From Octopus sinensis (Eukaryota): 64,000 nt of DNA. The DNA is taken from positions 4,650,001 to 4,714,000 of the forward strand of contig NC_043008.1 of assembly GCF_006345805.1 (NCBI RefSeq), read 5' to 3'. The notes beneath the pieces were generated by a model. That model had not been told where the DNA came from. It was given only the letters and a program-made list of their open reading frames with translations, and did not search any database. Position numbers and translations under genes: made by a program. This document shows positions 26,016 to 36,669 of the stretch, piece by piece (position 1 is the first letter of the stretch; each line of letters begins with the position of its first letter).

Positions 26016-26235
26016 TTAAAAAGCAGCAAAAATATCACAAAAACTGTTATTCAGAATAACTTTCCCGTTCATCACAGTTTGTTCTAAACAAAACTATCTG
26101 ACAAACAGGAACATGAAACTCTGAGTAACAGTTTTTGTGATATTTTTGCTGCTTTTTAATAAACCATATTACTCTACCTTTGGTATTTGAGTACTATTTT
26201 TTCCACCTTGTTTCACTTTTATGTGCTTACTCAGG
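26016..26235 (+). mobile_element. Penelope-like terminal repeat (family 2) with 40-bp inverted duplication and degenerate hammerhead
   Basis: Arms 26016-26055 and 26120-26159 (1 mismatch); AAAACTAT-CTGACAA-...-GAAAC-TCTGA-GTA-ACAGTTTT. Confidence 0.7.
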
Positions 26236-26264
26236 TATATATATATATATACACACACACAACA

Positions 26265-26422
26265 GGCTTCTTTCAGTTCCTATCTACCAAATCCACTCAC
26301 AAACCTTTGTTTGACCCAAAAGCTATAGTAAAAGACACTTGCCCAAGGTGCCACACAGCGGGATTGAATCCAAATGAAGTAATTGAGAAGCAGACTTCTT
26401 ACCACACAACCACCCCTGCACC
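26265..26422 (-). mobile_element. OR-like SINE, 5' part
   Basis: ggcttctttcagttcc...gacacttgcccaaggtgccacacagcggga...cttaccacacaacc. Confidence 0.8.
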
Positions 26423-26452
26423 AATGATCACACCTGTACCAATATATGTGTA

Positions 26453-26506
<54 letters not shown>

Positions 26507-26520
26507 CAAATATATACAGA

Positions 26521-26895
26521 CGCAGGAGTGTGGCTGTGGGCTAAGAAGCTTGCTTCCCAACCACATGATTCCAGCTTCAGTCCCACTGTGTGCGACCTTG
26601 GGTAAGTGTCTCCTACTGTGACCTCGGGCTGACCAAAGCCTTGTGAGTGGATTTGGTAGATGGAAACTGACAGAAGCCCATCATATGTATATGTCTGTGT
26701 GTGTGACTGTGTTTGTCCCCCTACCATTGCTTGACAACCGATGTTGGTGTGTTTACATCCCCATAACTTAACAGTACGGCAAAAGAGACTGATAGAATAA
26801 GTACCAAGCTTACAAAGAATAAGTCCTTCGACTAAAGGAAGTGCTCCAGCATGGCCACAGTCAAATGACTGAAGCAAGTAAAGGAATAAAAGAAT
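26521..26895 (+). mobile_element. Full-length OR-like tRNA/CORE SINE
   Basis: tRNA-like head, core ccttgggtaagtgtctcctact, (TG)n middle, tail gtgctccagcatggccacagtcaaatgactgaagcaagtaaaggaataaaagaat. Confidence 0.9.
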
Positions 26896-26970
26896 ACATA
26901 TATGTATATATGTATATATATATGTATATATATATATGTATGTATATGTGTATATATATATATATATGTA

Positions 26971-27049
<79 letters not shown>

Positions 27050-27050
27050 T

Positions 27051-27210
27051 ATGATTGATTGATTGATTCTAGTTTCAGCTTATGAGCTGTGGCCATGCTG
27101 GGGCACCGCCATTTAAACAATCTGTCAGAAGTGGGATAGATTGTTTAAATGGCGGTGCCCCAGCATGGCCACAGCTCATAAGCTGAAACTAGAATCAATC
27201 AATCAATCAT
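27051..27210. repeat. Perfect 73-bp inverted duplication of a SINE 3' tail (14-nt spacer)
   Basis: 27051-27123 is the exact reverse complement of 27138-27210; contains ggcggtgccccagcatggccacagctc and an (ATCA)n tail. Confidence 0.97.
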
Positions 27211-27274
27211 ATATATATATAATATATATATATATTATATATATATATATATGAATATATATATATATGTATAT

Positions 27275-27643
27275 AATAAATATTAGGGAATAAATCTAAA
27301 TTTACAGGGAAAAAATCAGATTTAGGATTAAACCCAATTTTATAGTAAAATATTATATAATATTATTCGAGACAAAACCACTATTTTGCAAAACAAACAA
27401 GGAAAGACTTAATCAATACATAAAATTTTAATAAAAAGTAAAAAAAACCGCCACTACAATTGTTTCTTGTCCTGATCGACAATCTTCAGGTGGACTTCCA
27501 ATTTTCAAGTCAGTTTCAAATTATGAAGATTGTCGATCAGGACAAGAAACAATTGTAGTGGCGGTTTTTATTAAAATTTTATGTATTGATTAAGTCTTTC
27601 CTTGTTTGTTTTGCAAAATAGTGGTTTTGTCTCTAATAATATT
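27275..27643 (-). mobile_element. Penelope-like terminal unit (family 1), asymmetric fold-back in (TA)n
   Basis: Closely matches 29980-30391; arms about 27361-27488 and 27524-27641. Confidence 0.85.
27451..27493 (-). ncRNA. Minimal type-I hammerhead ribozyme
   Basis: Minus strand: CCAC CUGAAGA UUGUC GAUCAG GACAA GAAA C AAUU GUA GUGG, with all core nucleotides and stems I-III present. Confidence 0.85.
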
Positions 27644-27652
27644 ATATATATG

Positions 27653-27830
<178 letters not shown>

Positions 27831-28250
27831 CATATCAGAAAGACAGACACTGACATGTACATGCATATTTATTCATTCTTTTGATGGCTGCTTTGAAGTT
27901 TCACTCGGAATTGACTTTGTCAGGCTGTTGTGGTAAACCATTGTAAAAACTTCAAAGTTACCCAGAAAAATTTTAAATATCCAAGTCTACAGTTTTTGTT
28001 TGTTTGTTTGTTTTGCTTACTCTTCACAGGTTTTTAATGCTAGAAAAGCAGTGTTAAATGGGTATCTCTTGCTCAGAGGTATGGGAAGGTAGAAGGGTAG
28101 TAACATGCATAGAACGATCTTGTGTCTGTATGTGCTTGTGTTTATACTTATGTGTGTGTATGTCTACGTACATGAGTGTGTGCATGTACGTGTGTGTGTG
28201 CATGTATGTGTGTGTTTGTGCATGTGTGTGTGTGTGTGCATATATATAAA

Positions 28251-28426
28251 GTGAGCTGGCAGAATCATTCCAATGCTGGAAAAAATGTCTTGTGGCATTT
28301 CATCCGGCTTTATGTCCTGAGTTCAAATTCCACCAAGGTTGACTTTGCTTTCAGCCTTGCAGTGGTTGGTAAAATGAGCACCAGCTCAACACTGGAGTCA
28401 CCTTAATTGAGTAGACCCCTCTCCCT
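28251..28426 (+). mobile_element. Degraded OK-like SINE
   Basis: gagctggcagaatc...gagttcaaattccaccaaggttgactttgctttc resembles 13836-14060. Confidence 0.7.
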
Positions 28427-28440
28427 GTATATATATATAT

Positions 28441-29007
28441 AAAGAAGACTCAGCAAGCCAAGTGAGACCATAAACCGTGGCCTATGCCAGTGGTGTAACC
28501 AGCCCACTTATGCGTATCTTTCCTTCATTGGACACTAAACTCTGCTTGCGAAGACAAGTTGAGGCAAGTGAAATCAAAATCAAAATCGATGACTTGCATC
28601 CGCGCTAGTGGAGCGCTAAAAGTACCATACGAGCATGACTGTTGCCAGAGCAACAAGCTGGCCTCTGTGCCGATGGCACGTAAAAGCATACAATTCAAGC
28701 GTGATTGTTACCTATGTTGCATTACTGGCACTTGTGCTGGTGGCACGTGAAAAAACATTCAAACGAGGTCATTGCCAGTACCGCTGGACTGACTCCTGTG
28801 CAGGTGGCACATAAAAAGGACCATTTGAGCATGGCCGCTGCCAGTACCGCCTGACTGACCCTCGTGCCTGTGGCATGTAAAAGTATCCACTACACTCTCA
28901 GAGTGGTTGGAGTTAGGAAGGGCATCCAGCTGTAGAAACTCTGCCAGATCAGATTGGAGTCTGGTGCAGCCATCTGGTTCGCCAGACCTCAGTCAAATTG
29001 TCCAACC
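28441..29007 (+). mobile_element. RTE-related SINE, long form with about five internal units, 3' tail deleted
   Basis: Repeated ggcac(g/a)taaaa units, then ggttggagttaggaagggcatccagc; breaks at tccaacc. Confidence 0.85.
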
Positions 29008-29215
29008 TCTTCCACAGATTCCCTCAACTGATAGGTATGACATTTTTCACACAGCTGTCCTCATCCATATGCACCACATGACCATACCAGTGCAGTCGTC
29101 TCACTTGCACACCACATCTGATGCTTCTTAGGTTCAACTTTTCTCTCAAGGCGCTTACACTCTGTCGTGTATGCACACTGACATTACACATCCAGCAGAG
29201 CATACTGGTTGCATT
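29008..29215 (-). pseudogene. RTE LINE ORF C-terminal fragment
   Basis: SMLCWMCNVSVHTRQSVSALREKLNLRSIRCGVQVRRLHWYGHVVHMDEDSCVK carries the RTE-type R-L-x-W-Y-G-H-V motif. Confidence 0.9.
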
Positions 29216-29816
29216 CCAGTCAACATCATGGTGTTTGGAGTAACCACTAGTGATCGTAATGTTATGCCTCCATTCATTTTCCCACACAGCCTCAGACTCA
29301 ACACAGAGGCCTACATCAAGTACCTAGAGGACGTGGTGCTGCCCTAGGTCAAGAGGGTGGCTGCTGGAAGTCCCTATGTCTGACAACAGGACTCTGCACT
29401 ATGCCACACAAGCAGGAGAACCCAATCATGGCCATCAGGCAATTTCTTCAACCACATCACCCGTAACATCTGGCCACTTAACTCCCCAGACTGCAACCCC
29501 CTTGATTATTATGTGTGGGGCACAGTTGAGTGAGAGACCAACAAAACTCCTTGTAACACCAAAGATGAACTGAAGGCAAGAATTTTATGGCATCATTTGC
29601 CAACTTAAACAAGGGTACCATCCAGAAGAGTTTCAGGAGATTCCGAAGTTGTCTAGAAGCCACAGTTGAAGCCAATGGCAATTTTATTGAATAGATTTAC
29701 TGTTTAGTATTTCAAGATATTTTTATGTAATTTTGGTAAATATATCTGTTAATATGAGATGTCAGGTTATTTTCATTTTTGTGTAATTTAGACAACAGTT
29801 TATTCACCACACCCTG
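29216..29816 (+). mobile_element. Tc1/mariner DD37D (maT) transposon, 3' half with right TIR
   Basis: PVNIMVFGVTTSDRNVMPPFIFPHSLRLNTEAY...QQDSALCH...WPLNSPDCNPLDYYVWG; 37 residues between the second and third D; ends caccctg followed by TA. Confidence 0.93.
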
Positions 29817-29875
29817 TATACATATATTGTATAGATATATATTGTGTGTATATATATAAATATAATGTATATATA

Positions 29876-29975
<100 letters not shown>

Positions 29976-30155
29976 ATATAATAAATATTAGGGAATAAAT
30001 CCAAATTTACAGGGAAGAAATCAGATTTAGGATTAAATCCAATTTTATAGTAAAATATTATAAAATATTATTAGAGACAAAACCACTATTTTGCAAAACA
30101 AACAAGGAAAGACTTAATCAATACATAAAATTTTAATAAATAGTCAAAAAAACCG

Positions 30156-30198
30156 CCACTACAATTGTTTCTTGTCTTGATCGACAATCTTCAGGTGG
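30156..30198 (-). ncRNA. Minimal type-I hammerhead ribozyme
   Basis: Exact reverse complement of 30252-30294. Confidence 0.87.
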
Positions 30199-30251
30199 AC
30201 TTCCAATAAGTCAGTTTCAAATTCATAATTTGAAACTGACTTATTGGAAGT

Positions 30252-30294
30252 CCACCTGAAGATTGTCGATCAAGACAAGAAACAATTGTAGTGG
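30252..30294 (+). ncRNA. Minimal type-I hammerhead ribozyme
   Basis: Stem I CCAC/GUGG, core CUGAAGA (30256-62), stem II UUGUC/GACAA, GAAA (30279-82), stem III AC-AAUU-GU, GUA triplet; predicted cut after 30290. Confidence 0.87.
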
Positions 30295-31059
30295 CGGTTT
30301 TTTTGACTATTTATTCAAATTTTATGTATTGATTAAGTCTTTCCTTGTTTGTTTTGCAAAATAGTGGTTTTGTCTCTAATAATATTTTATATATATATAT
30401 ATATATCTAACCACACCAAAGCAGACATTTGGAGGCCTGGTGCAACTCTCCGGCTTTCCAGCTCCTGTCAAACCATCCAACCCATGCCAACATGGAAGAT
30501 AGACATTACATGATAATGATGATGATATACATACATGTGTGCACACACATATATACATATGTATGAGTGTGTGTGTGTGTGTATATACACATACACATAT
30601 ATGAAATGGTCAATGATAATGTACAAATTTTTTTATCTGAACAGATATCAAACAATTCAAAAATGAGAAATCAAAATATTTCTCGTTTCTTTTACTGAAA
30701 TATCTCAAAGAAAATTGCTTCACCTTTCAATACACAGTCTCCTCCCAATGCACAGAGATGTAAAATTTATATGTCCGTGTGTATTAATCTCTCTTTCTGA
30801 GAATAACGAATTATTTCTCGTATGTTTATTACTTAGAACACATATCTAGCATGTTAAATAACATAATAAAATGATCAAATCAAAGTTGGAACCTGTCAAT
30901 AAAACAGAATAGCTGGTCGGTATATCTCTATGCTGAGATGTTACAGATTGAGTAGGTTTTAGTCATACATTTATTTCACTGAAATGGCATCTTTCGCGGT
31001 CGCTTTTATTTCCTGTTGTTTTACACACACACACCATCTGATATGACCATCTCATCTTA

Positions 31060-31260
31060 TTATCTTTGTTCTTAAACCCCAATTCATCCTGACCAAGAAA
31101 ACCTATGCATTTTGGACGTGATTCTGTATTTTTAGTGACTACATTTATCCGATATGAACTTGCTCTTTTTTTAAGATGGTAGAGTGTATGATTCAAGAAA
31201 GATTTAGCTGCTATTTTAGATATGTCAAACAGCCATATAGAGGCTCCCACGTTAGCTCAT
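31060..31260 (-). mobile_element. (AAC)n-tailed repeat copy
   Basis: aagatggtagagtgtatgattcaagaaagatttagctgctatttt...tagaggctccc. Confidence 0.65.
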
Positions 31261-31807
31261 CTTTCATTTTAGTTGTTTTTACTTTTATAGGCTGAAAAGG
31301 TTTATCATCTTCAGGATTTTCCTTAATTTTTACAATTATTAGATTGTTTTTCTGTTTTGTTTTGGATTTTTTTCCTGATGCCAAAACAGAATTTACAATT
31401 CAATGATACTTTGTCATATAACTCCGTTATTCCTAACAAATTTTCATCCATAAATTCTGTCAAACTAAATTTTTCCATTACATGAAAACCAGAAGACAAG
31501 TAATATCAATATCTTCAGAATCTTTTTAGAAAGCTATTTCATTCAAATAACTGTCTCTTTCTTGTTTAGTTTCGCTTATTCTTCAGCCAAACATTCAACT
31601 GCTGTTTGGGCATTTTTCATTTCTGAAGCAATTTTTCACTCCTCCATGACAGTTCTTTCTTAAAAGCTATTTCAGCTAGGATTAGTTCTATATTTTTCCT
31701 TCTGTAGATTTGTAATATTCTGCTGGGTCATTTTTTTTTTTTTTTTCATGAATACAAATAAAGTTATTTTCCTGTATTCCTGACACCATCACATCAAATA
31801 AACTTAC

Positions 31808-31812
31808 CTTAT
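31808..31812 (-). promoter_or_regulatory. Candidate 5-nt micro-exon or recursive splice site
   Basis: Minus strand: ~35-nt U-rich tract, then ttttAG ATAAG GTAAGT. Confidence 0.4.
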
Positions 31813-32889
31813 CTTAAAAAGATAAAAAAAAAAAAGAAAAGAAAAGAAAAAAATCCTATTTCTTCTGTTACTTTATTGTATCTGGAAGATAGATGAAAGC
31901 TTAGATATTTTGTTTCCTTTCCTTATGTTGTTCTGTAATGCAAACTTGATAGACAGGATGAGTGCAGATGAATCCACTGGCTTGACATACAACCATTGAT
32001 GCTTGTACCTACACACATGCATTAAATGAATGCTTGTGCGGACATGTAATTGTATATCAATAATATATTCTGGCTAAAAAGATGTCATAACTTATTAACA
32101 GATGCTGTATATCATAAGTGCATATCATAATAGAGTTGCGAAAAAACAAAAATGAAATTCATAAGAAAAGTTTTTATGACAAGAGATTCTGCTATTTTCA
32201 GATTGGTAACTTCTTGTCCAAAATCCAACACTTTGTAATACATGAACTTCTCTTATTTATCTGTCACTTGCTTCAGTCATTGAACCATGGCCATGCTAGG
32301 GCAGTGCCTTGATGTTGACCCCAGAACTTATTAAATCTTTTATTGGTCTCTTTTGCCAAATGGCTAGGTTAGTGGGGTATACAAGCAGTGGGTTGGACAA
32401 ACACAAAGACACACACATTTATGAAACAGCTTCCACAAATTCACTCACAAGGTATTTGTCTGCCCAGGGCTATAGTAGCAGACTCTTGCCCAAGATGTAG
32501 CACCGTGGGACTGAACCCAATCCCACATGGTTGCAAAGCAAGCTTTTTAACAATGCATCCATACCTGTACCCGTTTCACAAATTTTATTAATTATTTTTG
32601 TTGTTGTTGCATGCCCTACTTTACTGAGATTATTATTTGCTGTTTTATTGGGGTCTTTTTTATTCTTCGGAAAATAAGAGTTAAAGCCTTTGTGATATTG
32701 GTAGGTCTCATCCCACCTTGGGCAAATGTCTTCTACTGTAGTCCTGGGGTAAATCTGTTTGACTAAACCCTTTAAGGTGGTGCCCCAGCATGGCCACAGT
32801 CTAATGACTGAAACAAGTAAATAACAAAAGATAGTTAACAAAAGCATGTATACATGAGAGGCTTGTCAATGCTGTGCTAAGGTGGAAGA

Positions 32890-33070
32890 CTTTGGAAGAA
32901 AGGAGATTCTATGCGGTGTTAATTTGTATTGTAGATAAGGGATGGATAAGGAGAGCGGGTGTATTGCTGGCCTGTCAAAAACGTAGGAGGGTGGGAAAAG
33001 GGATGTTAAGACATTGGTAGTGACACGTAAGGGAATGTACTTGAAAGAGTAATAAAGGATACTTTAGGGG
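32890..33070 (-). mobile_element. Possible degraded CR1/Jockey-type LINE 3' end
   Basis: SLFPPSYVFDRPAIHPLSLSIPYLQYKLTPHRISFLPKSSTL loosely resembles C-terminal LINE ORF2. Confidence 0.35.
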
Positions 33071-33099
33071 TAAAAAATATTAGATATTTTTTAGCTCCC

Positions 33100-33790
33100 T
33101 GATAGCGCTGACCTATGATCAAAGACATTCCAGCCATGACCAACGTGTCTTGATTTCAAGTATAGTTTATCCCAAACAATATCATTCCGTGTGTTCTTCA
33201 CATAGTTATACTGGACTGTATCATTGAGTGTGTGTTTTTAAAGATCGAGTGTGATTTAAGCAAAACTTGTCTGCTGAAGAGTCATGTAGGGACTCCATCA
33301 TGGATTCCAAATAAACCATGTGGTAATAATGATGGTGACGGTACTGGAGACGGTTGGTGTAGTGTTATTAGTGGTGATGCTGGTGACTGGGGAACTGGCT
33401 ATCACGATAAGAATGATGATGATGACACAGAGGATGGCAGTTGTGACTGTGAGGATGATGATGAGGATAATGGTAAGGATGATAAGGTTAATGATGCTGC
33501 TGGTAGAGGAAGGTGATAACCATGAGTGAATATTAAGAAGATGATAAGGATATTGATTTTGCCCTTGTTTAACCCCAAAGATCAGCTGTGGTTGAGCAGA
33601 CTCCTCATCAACTGACGAAAGGAATTACAACAAAGACCATTTGGCCTTTTTAGGGGAGCATCAAGAACTACTTGATCCAGTATGTCCTTTATTTATTTAA
33701 GATGGTAGAGTGTGATTTTCAAGGTGATTTGGTTGCTATTTCTAGAAAGTTGAGTAACTATGTAGAGGCTTCCTCATCAACTCAGGATGC
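33100..33790 (-). mobile_element. Two tandem (AAC)n-tailed repeat copies separated by a GAT/GGT-rich low-complexity tract
   Basis: gacctatgatcaaagacattccagccatgacc at 33.11 kb; gatttggttgctatttctagaaagttgagtaac at 33.73 kb. Confidence 0.7.
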
Positions 33791-33809
33791 GAGTGCAATA
33801 ATTAAGGTG

Positions 33810-34017
33810 CTGGTGGTGGTAGTGGTGTTGGTGGTGTTGGTGGTGGTGGTGGTGGTGTTGGTGGTGTTGGTGGTGGTGGTGGTGGTGTTGGTGGTGGTGG
33901 TGGTGGTGGTGGTTGGTGGTGTTGGTGGTGTGGTGGTGTTGGTGGTGTGGTGGTGGTGGTGGTGGTGGTGGTGGTGGTGGCGGTGGTGGTGGTGGTGGTG
34001 GTGGTGGTGGTGGTGGT
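33810..34017. repeat. (GGT)n microsatellite
   Basis: Read directly; source of the poly-V/W/P/G ORFs. Confidence 0.97.
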
Positions 34018-34142
34018 GAATGTAATGATGTTGCTGAAAAATCTAACATGACATCCCTAAACAGAAAATGGGGAATGTCTTATGTTCGTGTCTTTCCTAA
34101 CATGCCTTATTTATTTTATGCTCTTTCATTTTATATAATATA

Positions 34143-34521
34143 CTAGCAGTATCGCCCAGCGTTGCTCAGGTTTGCTTCAACCCTTTAGAATTGGAATTTT
34201 TGGAAAGTAAAAATTTTGCATTATGTGGCTTGTTATTCTCTTTAAGTGAACATTTTTTCTGGTTGAAATATGCTGAAAAATGGCGACACAGTAGTAAAAA
34301 AATCGTAAAAAAATAGGGATTTTCATAGAAAAAAGCATCTTTTTGATGTAAATAATTTTTGGTGTTAACATGGTTCGATTTGCAAAATGAAGAGCAAGCC
34401 TTCTTCTATCATACTCTCAATTTTGGTCAACTTGCACCGCAGGGTCTCGGAGGAGATAGTGTTAGTTGAAGGCTACCAAACCTGCCATACACAGACAACT
34501 TCAGCTTTATACAGAGAGAGA
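34143..34521 (-). mobile_element. Non-autonomous Helitron (379 bp)
   Basis: Minus strand starts A/TCTCTCTCTGTATAAAGC and ends cctgagcaacgctgggcgatactgCTAG/T: TC start, subterminal hairpin-like motif, CTAG end, AT target, no TSD. Confidence 0.8.
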
Positions 34522-35460
34522 TTGGTGGATGATTGTGCCATCTGTTTTGCCTGAGTTGGTCTAGGGGCAATTGGTGCACTTCGTTGGAGTTCTTGATGTG
34601 TCCAGGAAAGGTTTTGCGATTCCTTCCTTAAGATGTTGGAGATAGACTGTTTCAGGCTGGATAGTTTGTGGTTGAGTTCTCGGTTGGTAGGGTATGGGTG
34701 GAGTGGGTGGTCTAGTTGGTACATGGGAAATATGCTGAGTGTGTTGTTGTTCTTCTTTATTACCGATAGCCGTTTGAGTTGGTAGGCTGTTCAACAAATG
34801 TTGGCTTCCAGGTCAAGTAAGATTTTCTCGTTCGGCTGTTGGCTCAGGATAAATTTAGGGCTCCGATTGAGACGTTCTTGTTCTCCATGGGAGAGTGACC
34901 CACTCAAATCTGTGACTAAGGATTTCGTTGTTGATGGTATGCTGGCATCCTCGATGTTAGTGTTATCTCGTATGGTGGACGTGTCCTGTTCGTCTGTGTT
35001 GGTGTAATAGACCAAGTTGTGGCAGTATTTGGTACAAAGCCACAGGAATTTAAGTTTGAGGCATTTCTTCTCTTGGTCAACGCAGTGGTGGTAGCATCGG
35101 TCAATAGCTGCGATGGTTCTTCGGTATGTATGTTCAACGCTTGACGTGATGCTGCATATTATTTCAGAGAATTTGCCTATGTGCTCATGTAGTTGATGAT
35201 GTAGATGGTGTATGATTTTTCTGATGATGAACGTAGGCATTTATTTCAGTGATCGTTGAAGAGTAAGGCTGTGGAAGCGCGTGGGGAGATGTATGTCCCT
35301 GATGGTGTTGGGAATTATGTTGTTTTTAGGCAGCGTTTAAGAAAGTTTATTTGGCATCCGATTTTAGCATGTTTCTCTGCTAGTTTGATTAACTCCCCAG
35401 TGTTTGTGAACTCAGCCTGGCCCAGACATAGAGATAGGAGAGTATTGTAGTTCACTTGAA
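34522..35460 (-). pseudogene. Penelope-like ORF, N-terminal region, decayed
   Basis: QINFLKRCLK.NIIPNTI and LVTDLSGSLSHGEQERLNRSPKFILS resemble the PLE N-terminal N-L-S...L-x-K-G-P-K-F motif. Confidence 0.75.
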
Positions 35461-35646
35461 GCATTGTGTATTGTTTGTAAAAAAATAATGTTTTGAATGG
35501 CGCAACAATGCGCTATAATAACTGTTATAATTTAATCATCCATAGTCTGATATGATATTTTGGAATATAAAAATTCCTTCCTCAGATATTCCTAGGAATT
35601 GATCGAATCACTACTTTATTGGTTTTCCAATGGTATTTTTTTTTTT

Positions 35647-36108
35647 CTGGAAGCATCTCAGCAGTGGTCTCACAAAGCTCCTTCCAGAATTCCTCATGAC
35701 GAGTGCGTGAGGGCAGCCATGTCTCAAGCTTGTGTGTGCTGGCACATCCGTAGCGCTGCTTCTAAGTTTTGTATTATACGTGCAGTTTCCTTCTATTTTC
35801 TTTTCTCTAAATAATACATGACCATATTATCAAAAATGGACCTACTCACACCCTGATGTAGCTAAATAATATATTGACAGCCAACCCCCAGCCTGTTTTT
35901 AATTTGGGGCCCTAGTCTGTCTATGAGGATAGCTTCCTTAATTCTTAGATTAAAAAAAAAAGAAAGAAGGAGAAAAAAAAGGAAACTTCGTATAATACAT
36001 AACTTAGAAGCGGCACTATGAATGTGCCATCACACATGAGCTTAAGGCACGCTCCTCATGAGGAATTCCGGAAGGAGCTTCATGAGACCAATGCAGAGAC
36101 ATTTCCAG
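35647..36108. mobile_element. Old fold-back/MITE with ~140-bp diverged arms
   Basis: ggtctcacaaagctccttccagaattcctcatga...gcttctaagttttgtattatacg is complemented by 35988-36108. Confidence 0.75.
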
Positions 36109-36669
36109 TAAAAAAAAAACCAATTATAGCAAACCATTAGCATTCAGATTATTTTGTCTAATTGTAATGCATATTTATTCCCATTACTTCAAATTAATCG
36201 TGTAAAATCTCATAGGTTTGAGATTTTGATGATGTGATTGTTTATTTTAAGAATGTCATTATAAGGGTAGCTACAAGGGGTCCGATTCAGCTGGTTTGAA
36301 CACAAAACAAGAAGGATATTTAAGCTGCATACGACTGGTTTAAATACGAAAGGGTCAATGGCTTAAAACAAAAATAAGCAATGTTTACAACTTTTTCCAA
36401 GATTTCCATGACTAACAGGAAGAAGGGAGGAAGTTATCATAAAACTGGGAGCTGGTCAAAATGCTTGCAATAGAGGGGTCTGTACTAAAGTGCCAGGAAG
36501 CCCACAGTTTTCTATGAACCAAATTCCACTCACAAGGCTTTAGTTCATTTGAACTATGGTAGAAGGCAATTTCTGAAGGTGACATGTTGTGGGATTGAAC
36601 TTGAAACTATTTGGTTGCAAAGCAAACTCCTTAACTGAATTGCCCAGTTAAGATGATTTTGTTATTGTT

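Larger units (their letters stand above)
29980..30391. mobile_element. Penelope-like terminal unit (family 1), near-perfect palindrome
   Basis: 165-bp arms 30059-30223 and 30227-30391, 1 mismatch, 3-nt loop; embedded in (TA)n. Confidence 0.92.

Noticed and set aside
33672-34146. Poly-V/W, poly-P/H and poly-G ORFs
   Set aside because: They derive from the (GGT)n microsatellite.
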